Assembly (NCBI RefSeq): GCF_055900595.2
Contig: NZ_CM148325.1
Length of the DNA stretch: 64,000 nucleotides
Reading direction: 5' to 3' (one strand)
Shown in pieces: positions 34,242 to 46,805 of the stretch. A program made the position numbers and the translations under genes. A model generated the notes under the pieces. That model worked only from the letters and a program-made list of their open reading frames with translations, ran no database searches and was not told where the DNA came from. Each line of letters starts with the position of its first letter. The stretch's first letter is position 1.

Positions 34242-35294
34242 TTACCCGCGACGCGCTTTTACTGCATTCGCCAGTTGACGTAACAGGGCATCGGTATCTT
34301 CCCAGCCAATGCAGGCATCGGTGATGCTCTTGCCATAGGCCAGCGGTTCCCCACTCTCGAGGCTCTGATTGCCTTCCACCAGATGGCTTTCCACCATCAC
34401 GCCAATAATGGCCTTTTCGCCACCGGCAATCTGCTGGCAAACGTCAGCACAAACATCCATCTGCTTTTTGAATTGTTTCGACGAGTTAGCATGGCTGAAA
34501 TCGATCATCACCTGTGCTGGCAGGCCTGCTTTGTTCAGCCCTTCTTTCACTTCAGCAACGTGCTTCGCGCTGTAGTTAGGCTCTTTACCGCCGCGCAGAA
34601 TGATATGGCAATCGCCGTTACCGCTGGTGTTCACGATCGCCGAATGCCCCCATTTCGTTACGGACAGGAAGCAGTGCGGCGCACCGGCGGCATTAATAGC
34701 ATCGATAGCCACTTTAATCGTACCGTCGGTGCCATTTTTGAAGCCGACCGGACAAGAAAGCCCAGACGCAAGTTCGCGGTGCACCTGCGATTCCGTTGTA
34801 CGTGCGCCAATTGCTCCCCAGCTCATCAGGTCCGCGAGATATTGCGGGGTGATCATATCCAGGAATTCACCCGCTGCTGGCAGACCGCTGTCGTTAATAT
34901 CGAGCAGTAATTTACGGGCAATACGCAGACCGTCGTTGATCTGGAAGCTGTTATCCATATGCGGATCGTTAATCAGCCCTTTCCAGCCCACTGTGGTACG
35001 CGGCTTTTCAAAGTAGACGCGCATTACGATTTCCAGCTCATCTTTCAGCTCTTCACGCAGCGCCAGCAAGCGAGTGGCATACTCTTTAGCCGCGACGGGA
35101 TCATGAATAGAACACGGACCAATCACCACCAACAGGCGATCATCATTACCTTTCAGGATCTTATGGATCGCTTTTCGGGCATGGGCGACCGTATTCGCGG
35201 CATTTTCAGTAGCAGGGAATTTTTCCAGCAATGCGACAGGAGGAAGTAACTCTTTGATTTCTTTGATGCGTAAATCGTCGTTCTGATAATTCAT
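34242..35294 (-). CDS. aroG: DAHP synthase, Phe-sensitive
   Basis: 350 aa, MNYQNDDLRIKEIKELLPP... Confidence 0.93.
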   Translation of the reverse strand: MNYQNDDLRIKEIKELLPPVALLEKFPATENAANTVAHARKAIHKILKGNDDRLLVVIGPCSIHDPVAAKEYATRLLALREELKDELEIVMRVYFEKPRTTVGWKGLINDPHMDNSFQINDGLRIARKLLLDINDSGLPAAGEFLDMITPQYLADLMSWGAIGARTTESQVHRELASGLSCPVGFKNGTDGTIKVAIDAINAAGAPHCFLSVTKWGHSAIVNTSGNGDCHIILRGGKEPNYSAKHVAEVKEGLNKAGLPAQVMIDFSHANSSKQFKKQMDVCADVCQQIAGGEKAIIGVMVESHLVEGNQSLESGEPLAYGKSITDACIGWEDTDALLRQLANAVKARRG

Positions 35295-35364
35295 GTCTGT
35301 TCCAGTGTTGCCATACTTATCTTAGTGAATGCAATACTTCCAATCTATATCTTCCGTCAGAATG

Positions 35365-35382
35365 TGTAAACGGGGTTTTACA
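35365..35382. promoter_or_regulatory. Putative TyrR box upstream of aroG
   Basis: TGTAAACGGGGTTTTACA (TGTAAA-N6-TTTACA). Confidence 0.5.
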
Positions 35383-35609
35383 CTATGAACGGATTAATCC
35401 TGGAATTAGCAAGAAAAACGCCAGATTGTCGCGAAAAACGAGATCTCTCCTACAATTTCTAACTGTAACTCCTTTGTTTGTTAATTATTTCAAGATTCTC
35501 TGCTGCGTTTTATAACCTGGCTGAAATCTTAAACCATTGCCTTATATTCACCTGCAAATGCACTGTTGGAAGAGGTTATCCGACATAACGACCATAACAG
35601 GAGCATCCT

Positions 35610-35990
35610 ATGAAAATGACAAAACTGGCCACACTATTTCTGACTGCCACTCTAAGCCTTGCCAGCGGTGCCGCACTGGCTGCCGATAGCGGAGCGCAAA
35701 GCAATAACGGCCAGGCAAACGCCGCAGCTGATGCGGGCCAGGTAGCCCCTGATGCCCGTGAAAATGTCGCGCCAAATAACGTCGACAATAACGGGGTAAA
35801 TACCGGTTCTGGCGGCACAATGCTGCATCCGGATGGTTCTTCAATGAACAATGACGGCATGACCAAAGATGAAGAGCACAAAAACACCATGTGCAAAGAT
35901 GGTCGCTGCCCGGATATCAATAAAAAAGTCCAAACCGGTGATGGCATCAACAATGATGTCGATACCAAAACCGACGGTACCACGCAGTAA
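35610..35990 (+). CDS. ybgS: Secreted protein YbgS
   Basis: Signal peptide, low-complexity 126 aa. Confidence 0.8.
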   Translation: MKMTKLATLFLTATLSLASGAALAADSGAQSNNGQANAAADAGQVAPDARENVAPNNVDNNGVNTGSGGTMLHPDGSSMNNDGMTKDEEHKNTMCKDGRCPDINKKVQTGDGINNDVDTKTDGTTQ

Positions 35991-36103
35991 CCCTGCGAAA
36001 TAGCCAATAATGGGAGAGCGGAGTCTCTCCCTTTTAATTTTTCCCTTCTAAAAGCAGTATGATGTCATAAAGTTAAGTGAGAATAATTAAGGGATGACTC
36101 GTC

Positions 36104-37045
36104 ATGGCGCACTCACACTCACACACGTCCTCACACCTGCCAGAAGATAATAATGCTCGTCGCTTGTTGTATGCTTTCGGCGTGACTGCCGGGTTTATGC
36201 TCGTAGAAGTCATTGGTGGTTTTCTTTCCGGTTCTCTGGCATTGCTGGCCGATGCGGGTCATATGTTGACCGATACTGCCGCCCTGCTTTTCGCCCTACT
36301 CGCAGTGCAATTTTCCCGTCGTCCTCCCACCATTCGCCACACTTTCGGTTGGCTAAGATTGACCACGCTCGCGGCGTTTGTGAATGCCATCGCCCTGGTG
36401 GTGATTACTATTTTGATTGTCTGGGAGGCGATAGAACGCTTCCGCACGCCGCGTCCGGTCGAGGGCGTCATGATGATGGCAATTGCCGTGGCTGGGCTAC
36501 TGGCAAATATACTTTCTTTCTGGTTACTTCATCACGGCAGCGAAGAGAAAAACCTCAACGTGCGAGCAGCGGCACTGCATGTCCTCGGGGACCTTCTGGG
36601 TTCGGTTGGAGCTATTATTGCCGCGTTGATTATTATCTGGACCGGCTGGACACCTGCTGACCCCATTCTCTCAATACTGGTGTCGCTTCTGGTTCTGCGT
36701 AGCGCGTGGCGACTGTTGAAAGATAGCGTGAATGAATTACTTGAAGGTGCACCGGTATCGCTGGATATCGCCGAACTGAAGCGTCGTATGTGCCGGGAAA
36801 TCCCTGAAGTCCGCAATGTGCACCATGTACATGTATGGATGGTAGGCGAGAAGCCGGTGATGACGCTGCATGTGCAGGTGATCCCGCCACACGATCACGA
36901 TGCCTTGTTAGATCAGATCCAACACTACCTGATGGATCACTATCAGATTGAGCACGCCACTATTCAGATGGAATATCAACCTTGTCATGGGCCAGACTGC
37001 CACCTGAATGAAGGGGTGTCTGGCCATTCACATCATCATCATTAA
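36104..37045 (+). CDS. zitB: CDF-family zinc efflux transporter
   Basis: 313 aa, His-rich termini, CDF TM core. Confidence 0.9.
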   Translation: MAHSHSHTSSHLPEDNNARRLLYAFGVTAGFMLVEVIGGFLSGSLALLADAGHMLTDTAALLFALLAVQFSRRPPTIRHTFGWLRLTTLAAFVNAIALVVITILIVWEAIERFRTPRPVEGVMMMAIAVAGLLANILSFWLLHHGSEEKNLNVRAAALHVLGDLLGSVGAIIAALIIIWTGWTPADPILSILVSLLVLRSAWRLLKDSVNELLEGAPVSLDIAELKRRMCREIPEVRNVHHVHVWMVGEKPVMTLHVQVIPPHDHDALLDQIQHYLMDHYQIEHATIQMEYQPCHGPDCHLNEGVSGHSHHHH

Positions 37046-37761
37046 TGGGACAGCGCGCGTGAACCTCTTTCGCGTGCGCTGTTGATCCACATCCGGCTGC
37101 CGTTGAGGGCAATAAAGGTCAGGATGATGTACTCCAGAGACATGGCGTAAACGCCCTGAAGTGCAAAAATAACGACGCTAATCACGTTAATAATCACCCA
37201 CAATAGCCAGTTTTCCACATACTTACGCGTCATCAGAATCATTGCCACGATAGATAACACCATCATGCATGAATCCCAGAACGGGAAAGCGTCCGGCTGT
37301 AGTTCAGGCATCGCAACCTGTAATCCTAATGCTTGCATGATCATGACTGCCACGCGGGTCAAAAATGCAAACACCGGATTGATAAATACCGTCATCAGAC
37401 CAATCGAAACAACGCAAACCGCCAACCAGCTGAGCGCCTTCGGCAATGGCAACCAGCGAATTTTCAACTCCGCCTCGTTCTGACTGGTTTGTCGCGACCA
37501 CGCATACCAACCGTAAATATTCGCGGCAAAGAAAAACACCTGTAATAGCAGGCTGGCATACAGCTGAATCTGAAAGAAAATAATGCCAAACAAGGTGACG
37601 TTGATCAGGCCAAAGAAGTAGTTGCTGATCTTCTCCAGACTGGCAAGGCCAATACACAGCAACCCGGCGATCGTGCCTACCGCTTCGATCCATGAGAGAT
37701 CATAACCGCCTGCTCCTATTGGTATATGTACCAGGATATTCTGCACACTAAAAAAATCCAT
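37042..37761 (-). CDS. pnuC: Nicotinamide riboside transporter
   Basis: 239 aa membrane protein, operonic with nadA. Confidence 0.9.
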   Translation of the reverse strand: MDFFSVQNILVHIPIGAGGYDLSWIEAVGTIAGLLCIGLASLEKISNYFFGLINVTLFGIIFFQIQLYASLLLQVFFFAANIYGWYAWSRQTSQNEAELKIRWLPLPKALSWLAVCVVSIGLMTVFINPVFAFLTRVAVMIMQALGLQVAMPELQPDAFPFWDSCMMVLSIVAMILMTRKYVENWLLWVIINVISVVIFALQGVYAMSLEYIILTFIALNGSRMWINSARERGSRALSH

Positions 37762-37798
37762 CTTTCCCCCAAAGCGTAACGTGACGCCTTATTATTAG

Positions 37799-38842
37799 TT
37801 ATCCACGTAGTGTAGCCGCAAAATCCAGCATACGATTGAGCGGCACCAGCGCCTTCTCTCGCAGCTTTTCCTCAACATGAACCTCGTGATTGCTTCCTTC
37901 CTGTTCTAATGCCTCTGCGATGGCCTGAAGGCCATTCATGGCCATCCACGGACAATGCGCGCAGCTGCGGCAGGTTGCGCCCTCACCCGCGGTTGGTGCT
38001 TCCAGTAACTCTTTATCTGGCACCGCCTGCTGCATTTTGTAGAAAATACCCCGATCGGTTGCCACGATAAGTCGCTGATGTGGCAATGTTTTCGCAGCAG
38101 CGATCAGTTGACTGGTGGAACCGACCGCATCCGCCATATCTACAATAGCTTGCGGTGATTCTGGATGCACCAGTATGGCAGCATCCGGGTATTCTTCTTG
38201 CAAGCGGGTTAACGCCTGAGTCTTAAACTCATCATGCACAATGCAGGCACCCTGCCAGCATAAAATGTCTGCGCCCGTCTGTTTTTGCACGTAACGCCCC
38301 AGATGTTTGTCGGGTGCCCAGATGATTTTTTCACCCAAACTATCCAGATGATCAATAAGTTCGACGGCAATGCTTGAAGTTACCACCCAATCTGCGCGCG
38401 CTTTTACCGCAGCAGAAGTGTTGGCGTAGACGACGACAGTACGATCGGGATGGGCATCGCAAAATGTGTTAAATTCTTCAACAGTGCAGCCGAGATCCAG
38501 TGAACATTCAGCCTGAAGTGTCGGCATCAGAATTGTTTTTTCTGGACTGAGGATTTTGGCGGTTTCTCCCATAAATCTCACCCCAGCGACTAACAATGTA
38601 GAAGCGGGATGCTTTGCACCGAAGCGCGCCATTTCCAGAGAATCAGAAATACATCCACCCGTTTCTTCTGCCAGTTGTTGAATTTCGGGATCGGTATAGT
38701 AGTGGGCAACCATCACCGCATTACGTTCTTTTAGCAAACGTTTTATCTTCTCGCGGTAATACGCTTTTTCATCAATGCTTAACGGCGTCGGCTTCGGGGG
38801 GAAAGGATAAATCGCCGCTTCAGGATCAAACATCACGCTCAT
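37799..38842 (-). CDS. nadA: Quinolinate synthase
   Basis: 347 aa, Fe-S Cys motifs. Confidence 0.93.
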   Translation of the reverse strand: MSVMFDPEAAIYPFPPKPTPLSIDEKAYYREKIKRLLKERNAVMVAHYYTDPEIQQLAEETGGCISDSLEMARFGAKHPASTLLVAGVRFMGETAKILSPEKTILMPTLQAECSLDLGCTVEEFNTFCDAHPDRTVVVYANTSAAVKARADWVVTSSIAVELIDHLDSLGEKIIWAPDKHLGRYVQKQTGADILCWQGACIVHDEFKTQALTRLQEEYPDAAILVHPESPQAIVDMADAVGSTSQLIAAAKTLPHQRLIVATDRGIFYKMQQAVPDKELLEAPTAGEGATCRSCAHCPWMAMNGLQAIAEALEQEGSNHEVHVEEKLREKALVPLNRMLDFAATLRG

Positions 38843-38914
38843 CTTACCATCTCGTTTTACATGCTTAACGTTAACACCGACTTAAGCGTGACATTCGCTA
38901 TTATCGGCGCAATT

Positions 38915-38932
38915 TGTTTTATATGCTAAACA
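38915..38932. promoter_or_regulatory. Possible NadR operator upstream of nadA
   Basis: TGTTTTATATGCTAAACA inverted repeat. Confidence 0.35.
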
Positions 38933-39080
38933 AGATAGTCGAATGGTGAGGAAAAGTCACTCGAATTACGTATGAGATGACGAATGCCACACTTTGCGTC
39001 TTATTCCTCCGACGTAGAGTCGTTTACGCAGCAAGCGCGGAGTATGTCATCAGGGTCAGAATTGAAATTGAGAGATGCCT

Positions 39081-39432
39081 GAATAGCAAAAAAGCGCCTT
39101 TAGGGCGCTTTTTTTACATTGGTGGGTCGTGCAGGATGACTCGCTTCGCTCGCCCTTCGGGCCGTCGCCGCGAGCGGCTCCGTTGTTTCGCTACGCTCAA
39201 CTCGAACCTGCTGCAGGTTCGAATCTTTGAATATCCCAGATAGCAAAAAAGCGCCTTTAGGGCGCTTTTTTACATTGGTGGGTCGTGCAGGATGACTCGC
39301 TTCGCTCGCCCTTCGGGCCGTCGCCGCGAGCGGCTCCGTTGTTTCGCTACGCTCAACTCGAACCTGCTGCAGGTTCGAATCTTTGAATATCCCAGATAGC
39401 AAAAAAGCGCCTTTAGGGCGCTTTTTTTACAT
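39081..39432. repeat. Tandem ~156-bp repeats downstream of the tRNA operon, each with a terminator hairpin and a tRNA-Lys 3-prime-end fragment
   Basis: AAAAAAGCGCCTTTAGGGCGCTTTTTT plus TGGTGGGTCGTGCAGGATGACTCG... repeated with period ~156 bp. Confidence 0.6.
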
Positions 39433-39508
39433 TGGTGGGTCGTGCAGGATTCGAACCTGCGACCAATTGATTAAAAGTCAACTGCTCTACCAACTGAGCT
39501 AACGACCC
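39433..39508 (-). tRNA. lysQ: tRNA-Lys (UUU)
   Basis: 76-nt match to tRNA-Lys, anticodon loop CTTTTAA, CCA encoded. Confidence 0.9.
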
Positions 39509-39640
39509 CTTGCGGGATTATGCTGCTTTAATCATTCAGGATGGTGGGTCGTGCAGGATGACTCGACTTCGTCTCGCCCTTCGGGCCGTTGCTGACGCAA
39601 CGTTATCCTTCACGTTCTCTACCAGTAACCACCTTTAAAT

Positions 39641-39716
39641 TGGTGGGTCGTGCAGGATTCGAACCTGCGACCAATTGATTAAAAGTCAACTGCTCTACCA
39701 ACTGAGCTAACGACCC
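39641..39716 (-). tRNA. lysZ: tRNA-Lys (UUU)
   Basis: Identical 76-nt tRNA-Lys copy. Confidence 0.9.
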
Positions 39717-39862
39717 ATACGGGTGTTACCTGAATGATTTCTACTCGGAACCAATCTTTAAGATTAGTGGGTCGTGCAGGATGACTCGCTTCGCTCGCCC
39801 TACGGGCCGTTGCTGACGCATCGTTATCCTTCACGCTTAACATCTGAGTTTGATGTTAAAAC

Positions 39863-39938
39863 TGGTGGGTCGTGCAGGATTCGAACCTGCGACCAATTGA
39901 TTAAAAGTCAACTGCTCTACCAACTGAGCTAACGACCC
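39863..39938 (-). tRNA. lysY: tRNA-Lys (UUU)
   Basis: Identical 76-nt tRNA-Lys copy. Confidence 0.9.
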
Positions 39939-39941
39939 GAG

Positions 39942-40017
39942 TGGTGGGTGATGACGGGATCGAACCGCCGACCCCCTCCTTGTAAGGGAGGTGCTCTCCC
40001 AGCTGAGCTAATCACCC
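39942..40017 (-). tRNA. valZ: tRNA-Val (UAC)
   Basis: 76-nt tRNA, anticodon TAC. Confidence 0.9.
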
Positions 40018-40068
40018 GATACTGCGCTGGATACTACAAACTACTTCCACCGAACCCACCGTAATTAG

Positions 40069-40144
40069 TGGTGGGTCGTGCAGGATTCGAACCTGCGACC
40101 AATTGATTAAAAGTCAACTGCTCTACCAACTGAGCTAACGACCC
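40069..40144 (-). tRNA. lysW: tRNA-Lys (UUU)
   Basis: Identical 76-nt tRNA-Lys copy. Confidence 0.9.
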
Positions 40145-40146
40145 GG

Positions 40147-40222
40147 TGGTGGGTGATGACGGGATCGAACCGCCGACCCCCTCCTTGTAAGGGAGGTGCT
40201 CTCCCAGCTGAGCTAATCACCC
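40147..40222 (-). tRNA. valT: tRNA-Val (UAC)
   Basis: 76-nt tRNA, anticodon TAC. Confidence 0.9.
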
Positions 40223-40357
40223 GATACTGCGCTGGATACTACAACTAACTAGGTTAGTGGTGGGTCGTGCAGGATGACTCGACTTCGTCTCGCCCTTCGG
40301 GCCGTTGCTGACGCAACGTTATCCTTCACGTTTTACTACCGCTTCCACCTTAGCGAT

Positions 40358-40433
40358 TGGTGGGTCGTGCAGGATTCGAACCTGCGACCAATTGATTAAA
40401 AGTCAACTGCTCTACCAACTGAGCTAACGACCC
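40358..40433 (-). tRNA. lysT: tRNA-Lys (UUU)
   Basis: Identical 76-nt tRNA-Lys copy, promoter-proximal. Confidence 0.9.
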
Positions 40434-40597
40434 ACTTTTTCGTTGCTTTCGGTTTGTTTGATATCCCGTGGCAACGGCGGCATATATTACTGATTTCAGA
40501 CTTGAGCGCAACAAAAATTTCGATGCAGATCACTCAACTGCTTATGATTCGCACGACACGACCAGAAATAATGCGACTTCTGGTCGTGTGTTATGCA

Positions 40598-41389
40598 TTA
40601 CATCGCGTTCAGACGTTTTTGTGCCTGTTTAGCGCCATCAGTACCAGGGTATTTACTGATAACCTGCTGGTATACGGCTTTCGCTTTTGCGGTGTCACCT
40701 TTGTCCTGCATGATGACGCCGACTTTAAACATCGCATCTGCAGCCTTCGGTGACTTCGGATAGTTTTTCACTACCGAAGCAAAATAATACGCCGCATCAT
40801 CTTTTTTACCCTTGTTGTAGTTTAACTGACCCAGCCAATAATTGGCGTTTGGCAGGTAAGTTGAATCAGGGTAATTTTTGATGAAATTCTGAAATGCCAC
40901 CATTGCGTCATCCTGGCGGGATTTATCCTGCACCAGCGCAATAGCTGCATTGTAATCCGTGTTTGCATCACCGCTTTTCACCGGCGCGCCAGCATTCGCA
41001 GTACCAGCATCAGCTGTCGGCGTCGTTGATGCCGCCGCACCGCTATGATCGCCGCTGGTTGATTGCGCCGCTGCACCACCGCTGCTGAGGCTATCGATCT
41101 GCAACAGGATCTGCTTTTGCCGCTCCACGACCTGATTCAGTTGATACTGATTTTCCTGAATCTGACCACGCAGGGAATCAATATCGGATTGATTATCAGA
41201 GAGTTGTTGCTGGAGTTGGGTTAAAAGCTGGCTGTGAGCATTAGAAATACGCTCAAGTTGAGTGACGCGGTCTTCGACCGAGCCTGAGCCGACACTACTG
41301 ATTGGTGCCTGAGCAAAAGCGGCCCAGGGGGCCGCTATACCAACCAGTAACGACAGACTCAATAGTTGATGTCTGAAGTTACTGCTCAT
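40598..41389 (-). CDS. cpoB: Cell division coordinator CpoB (YbgF)
   Basis: Signal peptide, coiled coil, C-terminal TPR; last gene of tol-pal. Confidence 0.88.
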   Translation of the reverse strand: MSSNFRHQLLSLSLLVGIAAPWAAFAQAPISSVGSGSVEDRVTQLERISNAHSQLLTQLQQQLSDNQSDIDSLRGQIQENQYQLNQVVERQKQILLQIDSLSSGGAAAQSTSGDHSGAAASTTPTADAGTANAGAPVKSGDANTDYNAAIALVQDKSRQDDAMVAFQNFIKNYPDSTYLPNANYWLGQLNYNKGKKDDAAYYFASVVKNYPKSPKAADAMFKVGVIMQDKGDTAKAKAVYQQVISKYPGTDGAKQAQKRLNAM

Positions 41390-41398
41390 GCAATTCTC

Positions 41399-41944
<546 letters not shown>

Positions 41945-41954
41945 TTAATTATTA

Positions 41955-43247
41955 TCACAGATACGGCGACCAGGCAGGGAATTTTACCTGTCCATCAGTT
42001 GCCGGAAGACGCGCTTTGAAACGCCCATCTGTAGAAACCAAATTCAGCACGGATCCCATCCCCTGAGAAGAGCTGTAGATTACCATAGTGCCGTTAGGTG
42101 CCAGACTTGGCGTTTCATCCAGGAACGTGGACGACAGAACTTGTACGCCTCCCGTTGCCAGATCTTGTTTGGCAATGTGCTGCTGCCCACCATTGGAGCT
42201 GACCATTACCATAAATTTACCGTCGCTGCTGACATCCGCATCCTGGTTCTGCGAACCTTCCCAGGTAATACGTTGTGGCGCACCGCCGTTGATATTCACT
42301 TTATAAACCTGCGGACGACCGGCCTGGTCAGAAGTAAATGCCAGGTTCTGGCTGTCCGGGAACCAGGTCGGTTCGGTATTGTTACTGCGACCATCAGTCA
42401 CCTGGCGGATCTGACCAGAAGCCAAATCCATTACGTACAGGTTCAGGCTACCGGTTTTCGACAAGGCGAATGCCAGTTTGCTGCCGTCTGGCGAGAATGC
42501 AGGTGCACCGTTGTGACGCGGGAATGAAGCCACCTGACGTACAGCGCCATTTGCCAGCGTTTGGATGACCAGCGCGGAACGACCGCTTTCGAAGGTCACA
42601 TAAGCCAGTTTAGAACCGTCTGGTGACCACGCCGGAGACATCAGCGGCTGCGGTGAACGGTGAACGACAAATTGGTTGTAACCGTCATAGTCAGATACGC
42701 GCAGTTCATACGGGAACTGACCGCCGTTGGTCTGAACAACGTAGGCAATACGGGTACGGAACGCACCTTTAATGCCGGTCAGTTTTTCAAATACTTCGTC
42801 ACTGGCGGTATGACCAGCATAACGCAGCCACTGCTTGTTCACTTTGTACGAGTTCTGAGCAAGTACAGTACCCGGTGCGCCGCCAGTGTCAACCAGCTGA
42901 TAAGCAACATTGTAAGAGCCGTCCGGATTCGGAGTGACCTGGCCGACAACCACAGCGTCAATGCCCAGCGCAGACCATGCTGCTGGTTGTACTTCCTGTG
43001 CACTACCCGGCTGCTGTGGCAGACGAGCGCGATCTAATGGATTAAATTTACCGCTGTTACGCAAGTCAGCAGCAACGATGCCGCCAATATCTTCAGGTGC
43101 AGCACCAGGACCCGCCCACTGGAAAGGAACTACGCCAATAGGACGACCGGAATCTACACCGCTGTCGATCACAATGCGGACTTCAGCGTGCAGAACTGAT
43201 GCCCACAGTATGAGAAAACCAAATGCTACTCGTAATGCCTGCTTCAT
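41955..43247 (-). CDS. tolB: Tol-Pal system periplasmic protein TolB
   Basis: 430 aa, signal peptide, beta-propeller. Confidence 0.93.
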   Translation of the reverse strand: MKQALRVAFGFLILWASVLHAEVRIVIDSGVDSGRPIGVVPFQWAGPGAAPEDIGGIVAADLRNSGKFNPLDRARLPQQPGSAQEVQPAAWSALGIDAVVVGQVTPNPDGSYNVAYQLVDTGGAPGTVLAQNSYKVNKQWLRYAGHTASDEVFEKLTGIKGAFRTRIAYVVQTNGGQFPYELRVSDYDGYNQFVVHRSPQPLMSPAWSPDGSKLAYVTFESGRSALVIQTLANGAVRQVASFPRHNGAPAFSPDGSKLAFALSKTGSLNLYVMDLASGQIRQVTDGRSNNTEPTWFPDSQNLAFTSDQAGRPQVYKVNINGGAPQRITWEGSQNQDADVSSDGKFMVMVSSNGGQQHIAKQDLATGGVQVLSSTFLDETPSLAPNGTMVIYSSSQGMGSVLNLVSTDGRFKARLPATDGQVKFPAWSPYL

Positions 43248-43379
43248 CATATCTCCCTTATCTGGACCGATGGCCCACGATAATTTAGCAGAATGTTAAC
43301 AAACTAAAATACACAAAACTACCAGAACCCCGTGTCAACCGGTGCCTGATGTTGACCGTTGGAACAATCAACATCGTGA

Positions 43380-44645
43380 TTACGGTTTGAAGTCCAATGG
43401 CGCATTTTTGAACACTTCATATACTGCCTGGCTTGGTGGTTTCGGGATCTTCGCAAGTTTAGCTGCTGCCAACGCAGCCTGACAAAGTGCGGGATCGCCA
43501 CCTTCAGGTTTGATATCCAGTAACATACCATCGGGTGCCAGTTTTATGCGCAGCGTACAGGTCTTGCCTGCATAGGACGATGCGTCATAGAACTTACTTT
43601 CGATAGCAGATTTAATCTGCCCGGCATAGTTATTGATATCGGCCCCTGATGCGCCATTGTTTTTAGTATTACCACTCCCGGCAGGCGAAGCATTGTTCCC
43701 TTTCGCCCCTCCCCCCGTTTTCGGTGCATTCTTACCAGAGCTTAGCTCACCGAAAATATCATCTGCCTCTGCGGCAGCTTTTGCTGCAGCGGCTTTTTCA
43801 GCTGCAGCTTTTGCCGCTGCCGCTTTTTTGTCTGCGGCGGCTTTTTCTGCCGCTGCTTTCTTATCAGCTGCTGCCTTTTCAGCAGCCGCTTTTTCTGCTG
43901 CTTTTTTGTCGGCTGCAGCTTTCTCTGCCGCTGCTTTCTTATCAGCTGCAGCCTTTTCAGCAGCCGCTTTCTTCTCAGCTTCTGCCTTGGTTTTTTCAGC
44001 AGCTTCAGTTGCCGCTTTTTTTCTTGCTTCAGCTGCAGCTGCTTCTGCCGCTTCCGCTTTCTTCTTCAGCGCCGCAGCGGCTGCTTCGGCTTTTTTCTGC
44101 GCTTCGGCTGCGGCTTTGGCGGCTTCTGCTTCTGCTTTTTTCTTCGCGTCTGCAGCCGCTTTCTTCGCTGCTTCTTCCGCAGCTTTTGCATCCGCTTCAG
44201 CCTTCGCTTTAGCATCTGCCGCCGCTTTCGCTGCCGCCTCTTCCGCTTGCTTCTGCTTTAACTCGGCCTGTTTTGCGGCTTCTTCAGCCTGCTTTTTCTG
44301 CTCCTGAGCCGCTAACCGCTCTTTCTCAAGTTGCTTCAGGCGTTCCTGTTCAGCCGCTTGTTTCTCACGCAGTTCTTCCGCAGCCTGCTGTTCCTTCATC
44401 TTGCGCTGCTCATCAGAACGCTTCGCGCTTGATTCCTGGCTTTGCATGCGTTTGTACTGCTCAACTACCGCACCTGAATCAACCATTACAGCGTCGATGG
44501 ACGAACCACCGCCGCCTCCGGCTGAAGCTTCTATATTCTCATCGAACGAACTCCAGATCAGCGCCGCAAATAAGATGACATGCAGCACTGCTGAAATAAT
44601 TATCGCCCGCTTGAGCTTGTCGTTTTGTTCGGTTGCCTTTGACAC
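43380..44645 (-). CDS. tolA: Tol-Pal system protein TolA
   Basis: N-terminal TM, long Ala/Lys/Glu-rich helical domain II, C-terminal domain III. Confidence 0.9.
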   Translation of the reverse strand: MSKATEQNDKLKRAIIISAVLHVILFAALIWSSFDENIEASAGGGGGSSIDAVMVDSGAVVEQYKRMQSQESSAKRSDEQRKMKEQQAAEELREKQAAEQERLKQLEKERLAAQEQKKQAEEAAKQAELKQKQAEEAAAKAAADAKAKAEADAKAAEEAAKKAAADAKKKAEAEAAKAAAEAQKKAEAAAAALKKKAEAAEAAAAEARKKAATEAAEKTKAEAEKKAAAEKAAADKKAAAEKAAADKKAAEKAAAEKAAADKKAAAEKAAADKKAAAAKAAAEKAAAAKAAAEADDIFGELSSGKNAPKTGGGAKGNNASPAGSGNTKNNGASGADINNYAGQIKSAIESKFYDASSYAGKTCTLRIKLAPDGMLLDIKPEGGDPALCQAALAAAKLAKIPKPPSQAVYEVFKNAPLDFKP

Positions 44646-44709
44646 TCTCGGTTTCCAAAAACTGTTCGCCTGTTACCCGCTCTCTTTCAAGCTAGGGAAA
44701 CGCAGATGT

Positions 44710-45138
44710 TTAGATAGGCTGCGTCATTAAACCAACCGATTTCACACCCGCACTATGTAACAAGTTCAGTGCTTTAATTATTTCATCGTAAGGCACATCT
44801 TTTGCGCCACCGATCAGAAAGACCGTTTTCGGGTTGGCCTTGAAACGGCTGGACACTTCCGCCACCACCTGCTCTGGTGGTAAACGCTCCAGGCGATCTT
44901 TCTCAACCATCACGGTGTACTGACCAATACCAGACACTTCAACAATCACTGGCGGATTATCGTTACTGCTCACCGCCTGTGATTCAGTAGCGTCTGGCAG
45001 ATCGACCTCCACGCTCTGGGTGATGATGGGCGCTGTCGCCATAAAGATCAGCAACAGCACCAGCAGTACGTCCAGCAACGGTACAATGTTGATTTCGGAC
45101 TTGAGATCGCGACGACCTCGTCCACGCGCTCTGGCCAT
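44710..45138 (-). CDS. tolR: Tol-Pal system protein TolR
   Basis: 142 aa, ExbD/TolR family. Confidence 0.92.
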   Translation of the reverse strand: MARARGRGRRDLKSEINIVPLLDVLLVLLLIFMATAPIITQSVEVDLPDATESQAVSSNDNPPVIVEVSGIGQYTVMVEKDRLERLPPEQVVAEVSSRFKANPKTVFLIGGAKDVPYDEIIKALNLLHSAGVKSVGLMTQPI

Positions 45139-45141
45139 GGC

Positions 45142-46235
<1,094 letters not shown>

Positions 46236-46384
46236 TTTACATCCCGGTAATGCAACAAAAGTTAGAGCTTTTAAACGCTGCTACTATACGCGCGCGATTG
46301 AGGTTTGGGAATGAGGGCAAGTTAAGGGAGCGTAAAAATTTATGGGCCTGAAGCGGCCCATAAATTTTTAAAGAGAATTCTGAT

Positions 46385-46678
46385 TTAAAAGAAGAAGAAA
46401 ATCAGCCCGACAATGAGAACAATATCGGCAAGCAAAGGGCAAAAAATCCCTTGCCAGAGAACCTTCTGCGGACGAAAGCCCACGCCGTGAATAACACCAG
46501 CACAGACGGCCCACATCAGCAATAAACCATGCCAGATTTCCAGTTCACTGGTCTTCGCGGCGAAACGTGACGGGTCCCAAAACATACATCCTGCTAACAG
46601 AAGCGCCATCACGAAGGAAAGCGCCCGCAGGGGGCGCTTGTCCATTACCGCATACAAGGTTGCGATAATCTTACTCAT
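46385..46678 (-). CDS. ybgE: Cyd operon membrane protein YbgE
   Basis: 97 aa hydrophobic, downstream of cydX. Confidence 0.8.
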   Translation of the reverse strand: MSKIIATLYAVMDKRPLRALSFVMALLLAGCMFWDPSRFAAKTSELEIWHGLLLMWAVCAGVIHGVGFRPQKVLWQGIFCPLLADIVLIVGLIFFFF

Positions 46679-46791
46679 CAGATGTCTTCTTGACCGGCTT
46701 TGCCTGATTCGACGTGCTCAAGCGCCAGCGCGGTGATTACCCCAAATGAACAGGCAAGAAGCGTTCCCAGAATCCATGCGAAATACCACAT
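46678..46791 (-). CDS. cydX: Cytochrome bd-I small subunit CydX (37 aa)
   Basis: Translates to MWYFAWILGTLLACSFGVITALALEHVESGKAGQEDI; below ORF-track cutoff. Confidence 0.8.
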   Translation of the reverse strand: MWYFAWILGTLLACSFGVITALALEHVESGKAGQEDI

Positions 46792-46805
46792 TTTTAGCTC
46801 CTTAC

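Noticed and set aside
34383-34910. 175-aa plus-strand ORF
   Set aside because: Antisense to aroG.
39100-39402. 100-aa minus-strand ORF with internally repeated peptide
   Set aside because: It lies entirely within the ~156-bp tandem repeats and tRNA-fragment elements downstream of the tRNA operon; an artefact of the repeat.
39433-40433. Regularly spaced 76-bp identical repeats with short spacers, superficially CRISPR-like
   Set aside because: The repeats are complete tRNA-Lys and tRNA-Val genes with anticodon loops and encoded CCA ends; no cas genes and repeat length is wrong for CRISPR.
43633-44307. Long Ala/Leu/Ser-rich ORFs on the plus strand (224 aa and 162 aa)
   Set aside because: They are antisense to the Ala/Lys/Glu-rich repetitive domain II of tolA; low-complexity mirror reading frames, not genes.
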